In this document: positions 21,349-30,971 of the stretch, piece by piece
How the letters are laid out: every line of letters begins with the position of its first letter
Position numbering within the stretch: position 1 is the stretch's first letter
Virus record (IMG/VR): IMGVR_UViG_3300026549_000029
Coordinates: 96,001 to 160,000 of that record
Origin: a virus
Lineage: Duplodnaviria; Caudoviricetes
DNA length: 64,000 nucleotides
Direction: 5' to 3' (one strand)
Translations under genes and position numbers: made by a program
The notes under the pieces: generated by a model
What the model was told of the DNA's origin: nothing
What the model saw: the letters and a program-made list of their open reading frames with translations, nothing else
The model's database searches: none

Positions 21349-21846
21349 ATGGCTAAAGTTAATCTTTCTTCCCCTTGGTCTAATTATTATAAAGAGATTA
21401 ATGCTCTTTTTGGATTAGATCCTGATATTAATGTTGTATTTGATGAAGAGAATTATATTGTTAAACTTTATGTAGATGGAGAAGTTAAGGCTAATGCTAT
21501 TGAGCAGATTCTTCCTCAGGAAAAAGAGTTTGGTAATGTAACAGTTACTATTCAGGTTATTCCTGCAAATAAGACTAGCAAAACTCGTGCAGATTTGTTT
21601 GAAGCCGCTTTTAGAGGAAATCCTGCATTCTCTTATATCCAGACTATTGAAGGACCTTTTACTAATCCAATTAGTTATGTAGTATTTAAGAATGCTGTTG
21701 TTCAGTATTTTACAGATAATCTTGGTGATATTCATGGACTTAGATCCACTTTATATCAGGAGATTGCTAGAGAAATTATTGGCGTAGATGAAGAAGGGAT
21801 TTATTTCTGTACTGATGTAGCAGAGGAAGATACTGATAAGGAATAA
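21349..21846 (+). CDS. Conserved hypothetical phage protein
   Basis: 165 aa, RBS GAGG. Confidence 0.75.
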   Translation: MAKVNLSSPWSNYYKEINALFGLDPDINVVFDEENYIVKLYVDGEVKANAIEQILPQEKEFGNVTVTIQVIPANKTSKTRADLFEAAFRGNPAFSYIQTIEGPFTNPISYVVFKNAVVQYFTDNLGDIHGLRSTLYQEIAREIIGVDEEGIYFCTDVAEEDTDKE

Positions 21847-21852
21847 AAAATT

Positions 21853-22338
21853 ATGCCTGCAAATAAATATATTGAAAAAGATACTCAAGGTGAATTTTTT
21901 AATCCCGTTTCATCAACAGTAAAAGTAAATCCTGATTGTAATTGTGATTGTAATAATAGATCTTCTTCATCTGGAGATGAGAATTATGAAAGATGGAGAT
22001 GGTTAATTGATAATTGGGATAAAATGAGTTTTAAAGAAAGATTAGCTTTATTTTATCCTTATATGCATTATGTAAATACAAGAGATAACTACAAGAAAGA
22101 TTTTGATGAAAGATTTCAGTTTGAAATGATTGAAACTGGATATAAAACTTGTAGAATGTTTGATAAATTGAAATTCGATCCCGATGGTCAAGGAATTCCT
22201 AATATGATTATGGTTTTTAAGCCTATTATTATTGAACAGATTCCTGATGTTGAAATTAGGAATAAAGTAATAACTTGGGCTAATAATATGAAACTTATTA
22301 ACTGTGTATCATGCATGACAAACAAAAATAATAATTAA
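21853..22338 (+). CDS. Hypothetical protein
   Basis: 161 aa ORF in operon. Confidence 0.7.
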   Translation: MPANKYIEKDTQGEFFNPVSSTVKVNPDCNCDCNNRSSSSGDENYERWRWLIDNWDKMSFKERLALFYPYMHYVNTRDNYKKDFDERFQFEMIETGYKTCRMFDKLKFDPDGQGIPNMIMVFKPIIIEQIPDVEIRNKVITWANNMKLINCVSCMTNKNNN

Positions 22339-22411
22339 AAAATTGCCCTAAGTGTAAAAATACACTTAGGGCTTAATATTATATTAAAAATAAATAGGAG
22401 GATATATTTTA

Positions 22412-22735
22412 GTGAAAATAAAGCAAAAATTTAATAAAATAAATTTTCTAAATATAATAGCTTTTCTATATGAATATTCTGGTTTAATTGTATTAATAGG
22501 TATAATAATATTTATTATAGTTAATTTAATAATTCATAATTTTATTGGTAATCAATCTATTATAGATACTAAATATCATTTTCATACAGCTATAATAAAA
22601 TTACCTAATGATGAAATAGTAGAAGGTGAAATTAAAAATTGGAAAGATTATAGTAATTCTGATCAGATACAGATTACATTTGAAGATGGTACTACTTATT
22701 TGGTTCATTCAAATAATGCAGCACTGATATATTGA
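22412..22735 (+). CDS. Membrane-anchored hypothetical protein
   Basis: N-terminal hydrophobic helix; W.DY..SDQIQI...DG.TYLVHSNN pattern. Confidence 0.7.
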   Translation: MKIKQKFNKINFLNIIAFLYEYSGLIVLIGIIIFIIVNLIIHNFIGNQSIIDTKYHFHTAIIKLPNDEIVEGEIKNWKDYSNSDQIQITFEDGTTYLVHSNNAALIY

Positions 22736-22760
22736 TAAGAATGAAAAGAGGAAATTATTA

Positions 22761-25688
22761 ATGAATAAAATAAATGTAAAAGATCATCCTATATTAGTAC
22801 AATATAGAGATACAATGACTAGAATATTAAATTCTAAATATCCTTTAATGAATAAAAATGATATAGAAAAAGCAGTAGAATTTTCTATACAGAAAAGATT
22901 TAAAGATTTTAATCTCAGTATACAAAATAAGTATATTGGAAAAACTGTCGATATGACAGCATTAGCCATGCTAGATTATATAAGGAATAGAGAGCCTATT
23001 ATAACTAGCTATGGTACAATGTTTAGAAAACACGATACTGTACCTAATCCAATGGGTAAAGTTATTCAAAGTTTTCTTGATTTAAGAAAAGCTCAAAAGA
23101 AAGAAATGTTCAAATATCCTAAAGGAAGTGAGATGTTTGAACGATGGAATTTATTACAAAACTTATCTAAAATTGATACAAATGGTTAATAATATAGCCC
23201 ACTTATTAGGAAACTAATAGGTTGAATACCAAGAAATTGCTGGAAAATCCTAAAGCTCTCTTGCCTATATGGAGTGAAAACAGAAATAAGTAGAGAGATG
23301 AACTATGGTGAAATAAAAGCTCTTAATATAATAAGAGTCCTAAGGTTTATTAATAATGGATGATCAGCAGCCAAGCTCTATATTATTATATAGAGAAGGT
23401 TCAACGACTAATTGTAAGGCTCAAGTGAGTCTGAAAACTTGGTACACCTAACCTAGAAATAGTATGGTGAAGATATAGTCTGTCCTTTAAGGAAATCTTA
23501 AAGAAGTTCATAAGAGAACTACATAGATTAACGACCTATGTGAACATAAGAGATTTACGGTTTAACATATTAGACCTCTTATATAGAAATATATAAGTAA
23601 AAACAGGGTTAAAATTGGAAGAAGGTTAGATTGGCCATCTAATATTCAATCAATTACGAACACTACTTTTAGTAGGGACGTTTAACGACTATCCTCTTAA
23701 GAGGAGTAGGGCTCAAGCGAGCGTGGCATTCTTGTAAATGTAAGTCCACTTAATTCGAAAATCCTGCACCTAAACCTAATTATTTGGCATGGTGATTATA
23801 TAGTCTCAGCATTCAGGTAACACTTGAAGAAGTTCATAAGAGAACTGCACAGATTAGCGACCTGTGTGAAGATACTGTGATTGGCCTTTATGTTTCTATC
23901 CTTTTTGATCTTAATATAGCACCAGCAGTTACTTCTACTGGTAGATCCCTTATATCTTCTGCTATATTATGTTTTGAAGGATTTCTTGGAAATAATGTAA
24001 AATTTTCATCTTTAAATGATATTCTTATTTTTATAGATAATGTAAGATTAGAATATTCATCTTGGCAGTATAATGATTATGAGGTTCTTCCTACAGAAGG
24101 ATTTGTATCTTTAGAAGAAGCTTTTACTAAACTTATCTTAAATTGTGGATATAAGTATACACCTTCTTATGAAGATATGGATACTGTATATCGTATATTA
24201 CAGTCCTGCAATCAAATAGAGTTAAATAGATTATTTTATAAGAATAATTTATACTGCTTTATGGATCTTCCTATAGCAAGAAATCTTATGATATCTATTA
24301 TAACTAATATGCAGACTCCTTATATAGAACCTGCAAAACCACCTAAAGAAATTGTTCCTCAATTAAATGAGTTAAGAGATCTATTAGTAGAATATGTATT
24401 CTATAATCATCAATGGATGGATAGAATGGATAGAAATAAGAATATGATTAAGAATGTTTCTATTGTATCTGATACTGATTCATCTTTTGTATCTTTAGAT
24501 GCATGGTATCATTATAATATGACATATCTTAAAGATTATGATTCTCCTATTTTACATCAGAAGATAGACCTCTTTATGAAATTAGAGAAAGAGAAGAAAT
24601 CTGATTATTGGAAAGATAAAGAAATTCCAGAATGGTATAATGCTATTAATAAAACAGAAGTAGTAGAGTTTTTAGATACTGATGAATTTGGAGATCTTAA
24701 AGATCTATCTAGATTAAATGGAATAGAATTTCTTGATAATGAAAAAGACTATGATTTTTATAATCAAGAGATTATAGAAAAGAAAAGATTAATAAATGCT
24801 TTAGAGATTATACCACAAGATAATTTAAAGTTTGCTTTAATAAATATTATGTGTTATATTTTATCTACTATTATTAATCTCTATATGATTGATTTTACTA
24901 AACAGTCTGGATCTTATAGATCAGACGAATTATGTAGAATCAATATGAAAAACGAGTTTATGATGTCCAGGATCATGTTATGTACAACGAAAAAAAATTA
25001 TGCATCCTTACAAATTTTGCAAGAAGGAAATTATCTTGGTGGAGTACTTGATGTAAAAGGAATTCCTTGTTTAACAAAATCTGTTATATCTAAAGATACA
25101 CAGAAAGCTTTAAGAAAGATTTTATTAGAAGATATTCTTACAGGAAAAGTAGATCAATTAAAATTAATAAAAGATATAGCTATACTTGAAAGAGAAATTT
25201 ATAATGATCTTAAAAGTGGTAGCAAAAAATATTTTAAACCTGCAATAATTAGAGATATTGATAATTATGAAACTCCACTTAGAATACAAGGGATTAAAGC
25301 AGCTATTGCATGGAACTATGTTAGAACAGGACTTCCTGGATTTGATTTAACTAATAGAAATTCTTTAGATATAGTAAAAATTAAAATAGATAAAAATTCT
25401 GTAATTAAAATAAGAGATCAATATCCTGCACAATATGAAAAATTTTGTGATATATTAGAATCTAAAAATAATATACAATTAGAAGGATTTAATTTACATG
25501 AAATATTTGGAGGAAAATTAGAGAATATTGCTATTCCTAAAGACCTTCCAGTTCCAGAATGGTTAATTCCTTTTATTGATTATGAATCTATTATTAATGA
25601 TAATTTAGCTACATTTCCTGTAGAATCTATAGGTTTAGGCAGTTTTGGTAATAAAAAACCTAACTATAATAATGTGGTAAAATTATAA
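22761..25688 (+). CDS. Family B DNA polymerase, C-terminal gene (motifs B and C); spliced join(22761..23186,23553..23562,23878..25688), 748 aa
   Basis: Splicing restores motif B KIDTNG-IYGL-IG in frame (2247 nt); motif C SDTDS; KKNYA; KGI. Confidence 0.9.
23187..23552 (+). mobile_element. Group I intron 1 (ORF-less, IA2-like), 366 nt
   Basis: 5' exon ends in U paired to IGS gcc; P aattgctggaaa, Q tcagcagcc, R ggttcaacgacta, S atatagtc; terminal G. Confidence 0.9.
23563..23877 (+). mobile_element. Group I intron 2 (ORF-less), 315 nt
   Basis: P1 ggtt/gacc with U-G pair; P7 gacta/tagtc; P3 cagggtt/aatcctg; 3' end nearly identical to intron 3; omega G at 23877. Confidence 0.85.
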
Positions 25689-25749
25689 ATATTAAATTTA
25701 ATAGGTAGGAATAAATTTATTCCTACCTATTAAATAAAAGGATAAAAAT

Positions 25750-26928
25750 ATGATTATAGATAAAAATGGAAATAAACATGTAGAAATAGGTGATAAATAT
25801 GGTAAACTTACTGTGATAGAAAAATCTAATAATGATTATATAACTTCATTCGGATATCATATTCCAAAATATATATGTAAATGTGAATGTGGTAATTATA
25901 CAGAAATATTAGAATATAGTTTAACAAATAATCGTACAAAATCATGTGGCCATTGTAGTAATATTCATATTGGAGATAAATTTGGAAAATTAACAGTATT
26001 AGAAAAAGATAAAAATGATTGTATATTACCATCAGGAAGGCATATTCCAAAATATATATGTAAATGTGAATGTGGCAATATAATATCTGTATTAAAATAT
26101 ACTTTACTTAGAAATCAAAAATTATCATGTGGTAATTGTAATTCAATTCATATTGGAGATAAATTTGGAAAATTAACAGTAATATCTAAAGCCAGTGATT
26201 ATATAAATCCTAATTCTGGAAATTGTATTAAAAGATGGCTTTGCAAATGTGAGTGCGGTAATACTACAATAGTAAGAGATAATGATTTAAAACGTGGTAT
26301 AACTAAATCATGTGGATGCTTGATTATTGAACAATTAAAAAAGAGAAATAGTACTCATTTATTATCTAATACACTATTATATAGAGAATATAGTAGTATG
26401 ATACAAAGATGCTATAACCCAAACAATATTAGATATCCAGAATATGGTCAAAGAGGAATACAAGTTTGTAGAGAATGGTATAATTCAGATTATAAAAAAG
26501 GATTTGATCCAGAATGTATTAATATATTTTATAATTGGGCAATAAATAATGGGTATAAAGAAGGTTTAACTATTGATCGAATCAATGTTAATGGTAATTA
26601 TGAACCTAGTAATTGTAGATGGATACCAAAAGAATATCAAGCACATAATAGAAGAAATAGTATAAAAATAAATCTTAATGGAGAAATATATGATATAGGA
26701 CAAATTTCTAGTATATTAGGTATAGATTATATGTTTTTATATCATCGATTAAAGAAGAATAATTATAATTTATCTTCTTTATTTACTTATATTACAGATC
26801 AATATGGTAATACTAGACCTTATATATTAGATAAATATAATAATCCTATACCTATTAATATTATATACTTTATAGATGAATATGGATTTCCTATATCACA
26901 AGATAAGATAAATGAATCTAATATCTAA
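25750..26928 (+). CDS. Free-standing HNH homing endonuclease with three Cys-rich N-terminal repeats
   Basis: Three IGDK(F/Y)GKLTV...CKCECGN...SCG units; M..RCY, YG.RGI.VC..W, TIDRINVNGNYEPSNCRW. Confidence 0.9.
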   Translation: MIIDKNGNKHVEIGDKYGKLTVIEKSNNDYITSFGYHIPKYICKCECGNYTEILEYSLTNNRTKSCGHCSNIHIGDKFGKLTVLEKDKNDCILPSGRHIPKYICKCECGNIISVLKYTLLRNQKLSCGNCNSIHIGDKFGKLTVISKASDYINPNSGNCIKRWLCKCECGNTTIVRDNDLKRGITKSCGCLIIEQLKKRNSTHLLSNTLLYREYSSMIQRCYNPNNIRYPEYGQRGIQVCREWYNSDYKKGFDPECINIFYNWAINNGYKEGLTIDRINVNGNYEPSNCRWIPKEYQAHNRRNSIKINLNGEIYDIGQISSILGIDYMFLYHRLKKNNYNLSSLFTYITDQYGNTRPYILDKYNNPIPINIIYFIDEYGFPISQDKINESNI

Positions 26929-27005
26929 ATTATAATAAAGAAAATATTATAATAGTGAATGAAATTAACTTATTCACTATTATAATTATATAAGGATAAA
27001 ATAAA

Positions 27006-27092
27006 ATGACAAATTATATTATGGAAATAACCGAAGAAGAGAAAAATATTTTTAAAGAGATTATTAAATATAAATATTTTGAAGAGGGATAA
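27006..27092 (+). CDS. Very small ORF (28 aa)
   Basis: MTNYIMEITEEEKNIFKEIIKYKYFEEG with AAGGA RBS; below the ORF-track cutoff. Confidence 0.4.
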   Translation: MTNYIMEITEEEKNIFKEIIKYKYFEEG

Positions 27093-27096
27093 AAAT

Positions 27097-27465
27097 ATGA
27101 AATTTTGGATTATTCATGAAGATTATTATGAAGATTTAAAACTTTATGATCCTATAGAAAATAGTGATATTATTTATGTCGCTAAAAGTGAAGAAGAAGC
27201 AAATAATTATATAGATAATCTTTATAATAAAAATTTAGATCTTATTATTGAATCAAATGAAAAATCTAAAACGTTTAGAAGTACAATATCTGATCTAATG
27301 GCTGAAAAGAAAAGAAGAAAAAATAATATAGTATCTACTATTAAATATTATTCTATTGCTTGCCATAAACTTTGTAAAGATAAAGAAGGCAATGAATATA
27401 TGAAACTTACTAGTGTAAATAATTATGTTTATAATATTATTGAAATTGAAATAAAAGAAGGTTAA
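27097..27465 (+). CDS. Hypothetical protein
   Basis: ATG after GAGGG. Confidence 0.7.
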   Translation: MKFWIIHEDYYEDLKLYDPIENSDIIYVAKSEEEANNYIDNLYNKNLDLIIESNEKSKTFRSTISDLMAEKKRRKNNIVSTIKYYSIACHKLCKDKEGNEYMKLTSVNNYVYNIIEIEIKEG

Positions 27466-27510
27466 TCCTTCTTTTATTTTTAATATTTTCAATAATATAT
27501 AATAAATATG

Positions 27511-27643
27511 AATAAATTGGATGGCCCTGAGAGTAATCGAGGTGAGCGATTATGGAGAAATTCTCCCTGGGTTAGAGTACACGACCCGGAGATATTGGCT
27601 ACGGTCAAATATGTGTACTACCTCTCCATACATCCAATTTATT
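27511..27643 (+). ncRNA. Candidate structured ncRNA A (about 133 nt, pseudoknotted)
   Basis: Perfect 13-bp closing stem, internal stems, cUACGg tetraloop, GC-rich; early promoter at the 5' end and T tract at the 3' end. Confidence 0.6.
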
Positions 27644-27744
27644 TTTTTTATTAAATATATTTTTTTATTAAATAAATGATTTCTAATATTTTCTATAAAA
27701 AGATATTATAATATTGAAACAAAATATGAAAGGAGAATGTTACT

Positions 27745-28104
27745 ATGTATGATTTTAAATTGTATCAAAAAGTATCACAAAAGTTACAGAAGAAAATGGA
27801 AGATGAATATAATTGGAAAATTGATTCTTATGGGATACTTGATAAGGATGATGGAATATCATTTATAAGATATATAAATACAAAGAATCCATCATCTACA
27901 TTAAATATATATGAAGATGGAGATTGCTATTTAGATGATAAAATTTATTATCCTTCAGCACAAGAAATGGAATTAATTAAAAAGATTATTAGATTAGAAC
28001 TTTCAGATGATAATACTGTGATAAATGAACTTAAGAGGTATGCAAATAATAATAAGGAGAATGAATATGAAAACTATTTTTCTTGTTTTAGAGATATCCA
28101 CTAA
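27745..28104 (+). CDS. Hypothetical protein
   Basis: RBS AAGGAG, early promoter. Confidence 0.7.
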   Translation: MYDFKLYQKVSQKLQKKMEDEYNWKIDSYGILDKDDGISFIRYINTKNPSSTLNIYEDGDCYLDDKIYYPSAQEMELIKKIIRLELSDDNTVINELKRYANNNKENEYENYFSCFRDIH

Positions 28105-28324
28105 TAATGATGGTAGTAAGAAAAGAAGAGCATTATCTTTCTCTGAAAAGTATAAAGCAATAAATTTTATTACAGAATATGTAAATCATAAATATGATGA
28201 AAAATATATATGTAAACTTAATGATGATGAAAAATATAAAAATAATAATTTATATAAAAGAATTATTACAGAAACTTCTACAATAGAATATTATATAGAG
28301 GAGATTGATTATATAGATGAATAA
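28067..28324 (+). CDS. Hypothetical protein
   Basis: ATG after AAGGAG. Confidence 0.65.
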   Translation: MKTIFLVLEISTNNDGSKKRRALSFSEKYKAINFITEYVNHKYDEKYICKLNDDEKYKNNNLYKRIITETSTIEYYIEEIDYIDE

Positions 28325-28727
28325 TGAAGTTAGAATTATAATTGCTGGTGGTAGAGAGTTTAATAATTTTGATAGACTTTGTAAATTCTGTGATACAGTA
28401 ATTAGTGGATATAAAACCAAAGATACTATAATAACTATAATATCAGGAAATGCAATTGGAACTGATAGAATGGGAGAAAGATATGCTCAGCTTAGAGGAT
28501 ATAATTTAAAAATTATTCCTGCTGATTGGTTTAAATTAGGAAGATCTGCTGGAATAATTAGAAATAAACAAATGGCAGAATATGCTATTAGCGATAATGC
28601 AAATGGTGTATTAATAGCTTTTTGGAATGGTGCATCTAGAGGTACTGGTAATATGATACAAATAGCAGAATCTTATAAAATGGATGTATTTATAGATACA
28701 TGTGATTATAAAAAGGGAGAAAAATAA
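28317..28727 (+). CDS. SLOG/YspA-like (DUF2493) protein
   Basis: IIIAGGR, ISGNA.GTD, ADW...GRSAG..RN..M, AFWNG.SRGT. Confidence 0.8.
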   Translation: MNNEVRIIIAGGREFNNFDRLCKFCDTVISGYKTKDTIITIISGNAIGTDRMGERYAQLRGYNLKIIPADWFKLGRSAGIIRNKQMAEYAISDNANGVLIAFWNGASRGTGNMIQIAESYKMDVFIDTCDYKKGEK

Positions 28728-28729
28728 TA

Positions 28730-29344
28730 ATGTTTTTTATTATGAAAAATAATCCTAAATATACATTTACTACTGGATTTTCTGATCAAGGAATTGATCA
28801 TGAAACAACATGTTTTGAAGTAGATGAACTTATTGCTCCTATTATATCAATACTTAATCAAAAAGGATATAAAACAATATATTCTTGTAGTGGTCATTAC
28901 TATAGATATGATATAGATGAAATTGAATTTTATGAAAATAATGATAATGACTTAGAAAAAACTAAAGTAACATTTTTTGATACAGATGATATATATGAAG
29001 ATGAATCTTGGGGAATACCATATATTATGTTTAATCAATGTATTAAATCTATTCCAAATATAGATACTATTCCAGAAGGTTGGTCTGTAAAATATATACC
29101 TACAGATATTAATATACAATTACAATTAAGAGAAAAATATGGTGATATATTTTCTCTTACAAAACCAAATAGATATGAATATAAAATTAGTTTATATTAT
29201 GAAAAAATAAATTCTATAATTAAAAAATGTAGAATGGTAAATAATGAAATTAATATTTATAAATTTTATTCAGAAATTGTAAAAGTAATGAGTAAAATGT
29301 ATAATTGGTGTAATAGTTTAGATGATTATAAAGAAGAGAATTAA
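28730..29344 (+). CDS. Hypothetical protein with Tyw3-like motif
   Basis: VDELIAPII..LN.KGY.T..SCSGH. Confidence 0.55.
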   Translation: MFFIMKNNPKYTFTTGFSDQGIDHETTCFEVDELIAPIISILNQKGYKTIYSCSGHYYRYDIDEIEFYENNDNDLEKTKVTFFDTDDIYEDESWGIPYIMFNQCIKSIPNIDTIPEGWSVKYIPTDINIQLQLREKYGDIFSLTKPNRYEYKISLYYEKINSIIKKCRMVNNEINIYKFYSEIVKVMSKMYNWCNSLDDYKEEN

Positions 29345-29418
29345 TTCTCTTCTTTATTTTTTGGATAAGATATTATAATAATGAAGATATTAATAAATTC
29401 TTAAATAGGAGATATATT

Positions 29419-30507
29419 ATGAATAATACTTTTAATTTTGATATTGTGTATAAATCTATTATGAACTATGGTGCTTGTAATAATTGTGAACATTTTAAAG
29501 ATGCATATCAGTCTATGTGTAAAATGGGTGGTATTCCTGGAGAATACTGCATTATAAATGGTGATGAATTTACTAAGAATTTTAATCTTGGTAAATTCAT
29601 CATTTGTGAAGCCAGAGATACGACTGGTAGACTGTATATAAGAACTTTAGATATAGTCAGAGATTATATTCGTAAAGATGGATGGTGGAATATGTTTACA
29701 CTATCTACAAATATAATTGACAAAGAAGGTCTGTGGCTTTGTCAAATAAAAAGATTTACTGTTGACAAAAAAGGATATCCAATGAATATTGTATGTCCTA
29801 TAAAATATATAGGAACAGAAACATTCATAAGAAATAATATGAATGCAATGTTTCTGTTATCAAAAAGTAGGGAATTCGCTTCTTCAAAAGAATTCTCTTG
29901 TATTAATAAGGAGAATGATTATTATACTAATTATGATCCTTATAGAGCTGGTGCTTATGATATTCTTTATGATGGATATCATGAAGAATTATATTGGCTT
30001 AATGAAATAAGACTTGCAAAATATGTATTAAAAGAATATATTGCAGGAAATGTTTCATTACCAGAAATTAATTCAGCTGTCACTGCTAAGTCTATGAAAT
30101 TTTATTGGACTGTAGAGGAGTTCAACAAAAGAATCAATAGATTCTTACACGAAATAGGATATCGAGATGTATATCCTCTTGTATACAAAAAGCTTCAATC
30201 TGGTACATATAAATATGTATCAGATTTCATTAATCATATGATGTATACTTATGATACTTTACTTGATGAAGGTAAAGTAAATGATATAGATTTGTATGAT
30301 TTTACTGATAATCATATGGATCTATTAGATATGATTAATGAGGTTTGCATGTATTATCAAGAGTTATATGCTGGTAAAAAAGAAAAAGAAAAAGCCGAAA
30401 GAAAAAGAAAACGGCTTGAAAGGAGGCAATTAGAAAAAGAAAGAAAACAAAAAGAAAAGGATTACTCCTTTTCTTTTTTATTTTTAAAAGTTAATATTTT
30501 CAATTAG
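29419..30507 (+). CDS. Hypothetical early protein with basic coiled C-terminus
   Basis: 362 aa; RBS AGGAG; reads into a terminator-like hairpin. Confidence 0.7.
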   Translation: MNNTFNFDIVYKSIMNYGACNNCEHFKDAYQSMCKMGGIPGEYCIINGDEFTKNFNLGKFIICEARDTTGRLYIRTLDIVRDYIRKDGWWNMFTLSTNIIDKEGLWLCQIKRFTVDKKGYPMNIVCPIKYIGTETFIRNNMNAMFLLSKSREFASSKEFSCINKENDYYTNYDPYRAGAYDILYDGYHEELYWLNEIRLAKYVLKEYIAGNVSLPEINSAVTAKSMKFYWTVEEFNKRINRFLHEIGYRDVYPLVYKKLQSGTYKYVSDFINHMMYTYDTLLDEGKVNDIDLYDFTDNHMDLLDMINEVCMYYQELYAGKKEKEKAERKRKRLERRQLEKERKQKEKDYSFSFLFLKVNIFN

Positions 30508-30524
30508 ATGATATAAAAGTGAAA

Positions 30525-30624
30525 CATAAGTAAGATAGTATAGTTCACATTAGCCTCCAATGTTCTGTTGGTATTTAATTGTTTGAGGATAGATGGAGAA
30601 ACCCCAACAGATATCTTGCTTATG
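30525..30624 (+). ncRNA. Candidate structured ncRNA B (about 100 nt)
   Basis: 13-bp closing stem cataagtaagata/tatcttgcttatg, 8-bp tctgttgg/ccaacaga, two hairpins with complementary loops; early promoter directly upstream. Confidence 0.5.
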
Positions 30625-30670
30625 ATATTATATATTAACTAATAATTTTTGCTTAGAAAGGTGGAAAAGA

Positions 30671-30880
30671 ATGAGAAAAAAAGTTATGAGGTGTTTCCCT
30701 GATTGGTTTGAAGAACTGTGTTGCAACATTGGGTACGCATGTATCTGCGGATACCTGATTGGAGCTGGAGCAGCTCTTATGGATGTAATTATCCATAGAA
30801 AGTACTGGTTTGACAACAAAGAAAAACAGACTGAAAAGATCGATACATCTGATCCTAACTGCTTCAAAGAAGTAGTTTGA
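30671..30880 (+). CDS. Small membrane protein
   Basis: 69 aa with one hydrophobic helix; higher GC; RBS AGGTGG. Confidence 0.55.
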   Translation: MRKKVMRCFPDWFEELCCNIGYACICGYLIGAGAALMDVIIHRKYWFDNKEKQTEKIDTSDPNCFKEVV

Positions 30881-30971
30881 TTAGTATGCAGGGGCCTTAT
30901 GGTCCCTGCAAATTTATTTTTTATTTTTTTATTCACTTTATTTTAATAATCATATATTTTGGAGGTATATT

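Noticed and set aside
23187-23877. A single long intron, a group II intron or stop-codon readthrough
   Set aside because: Two separate group I cores are visible; a single excision would lose YG and break the frame; no GUGYG start or domain V
23877-25688. ORF-track GTG start as an independent 603-aa gene
   Set aside because: No RBS; the G is the terminal omega-G of intron 2 and the ORF is exon 3 of the polymerase
27524-27600. Hammerhead, pistol or TPP riboswitch identity for RNA A
   Set aside because: Only fragments (CUGAGA, GGUUAG) match; the required cores and helix order are absent
27521-27680. Small ORF MALRVIEV... overlapping candidate RNA A
   Set aside because: No RBS, atypical codons, and it runs through the T tract; base pairing explains the sequence better
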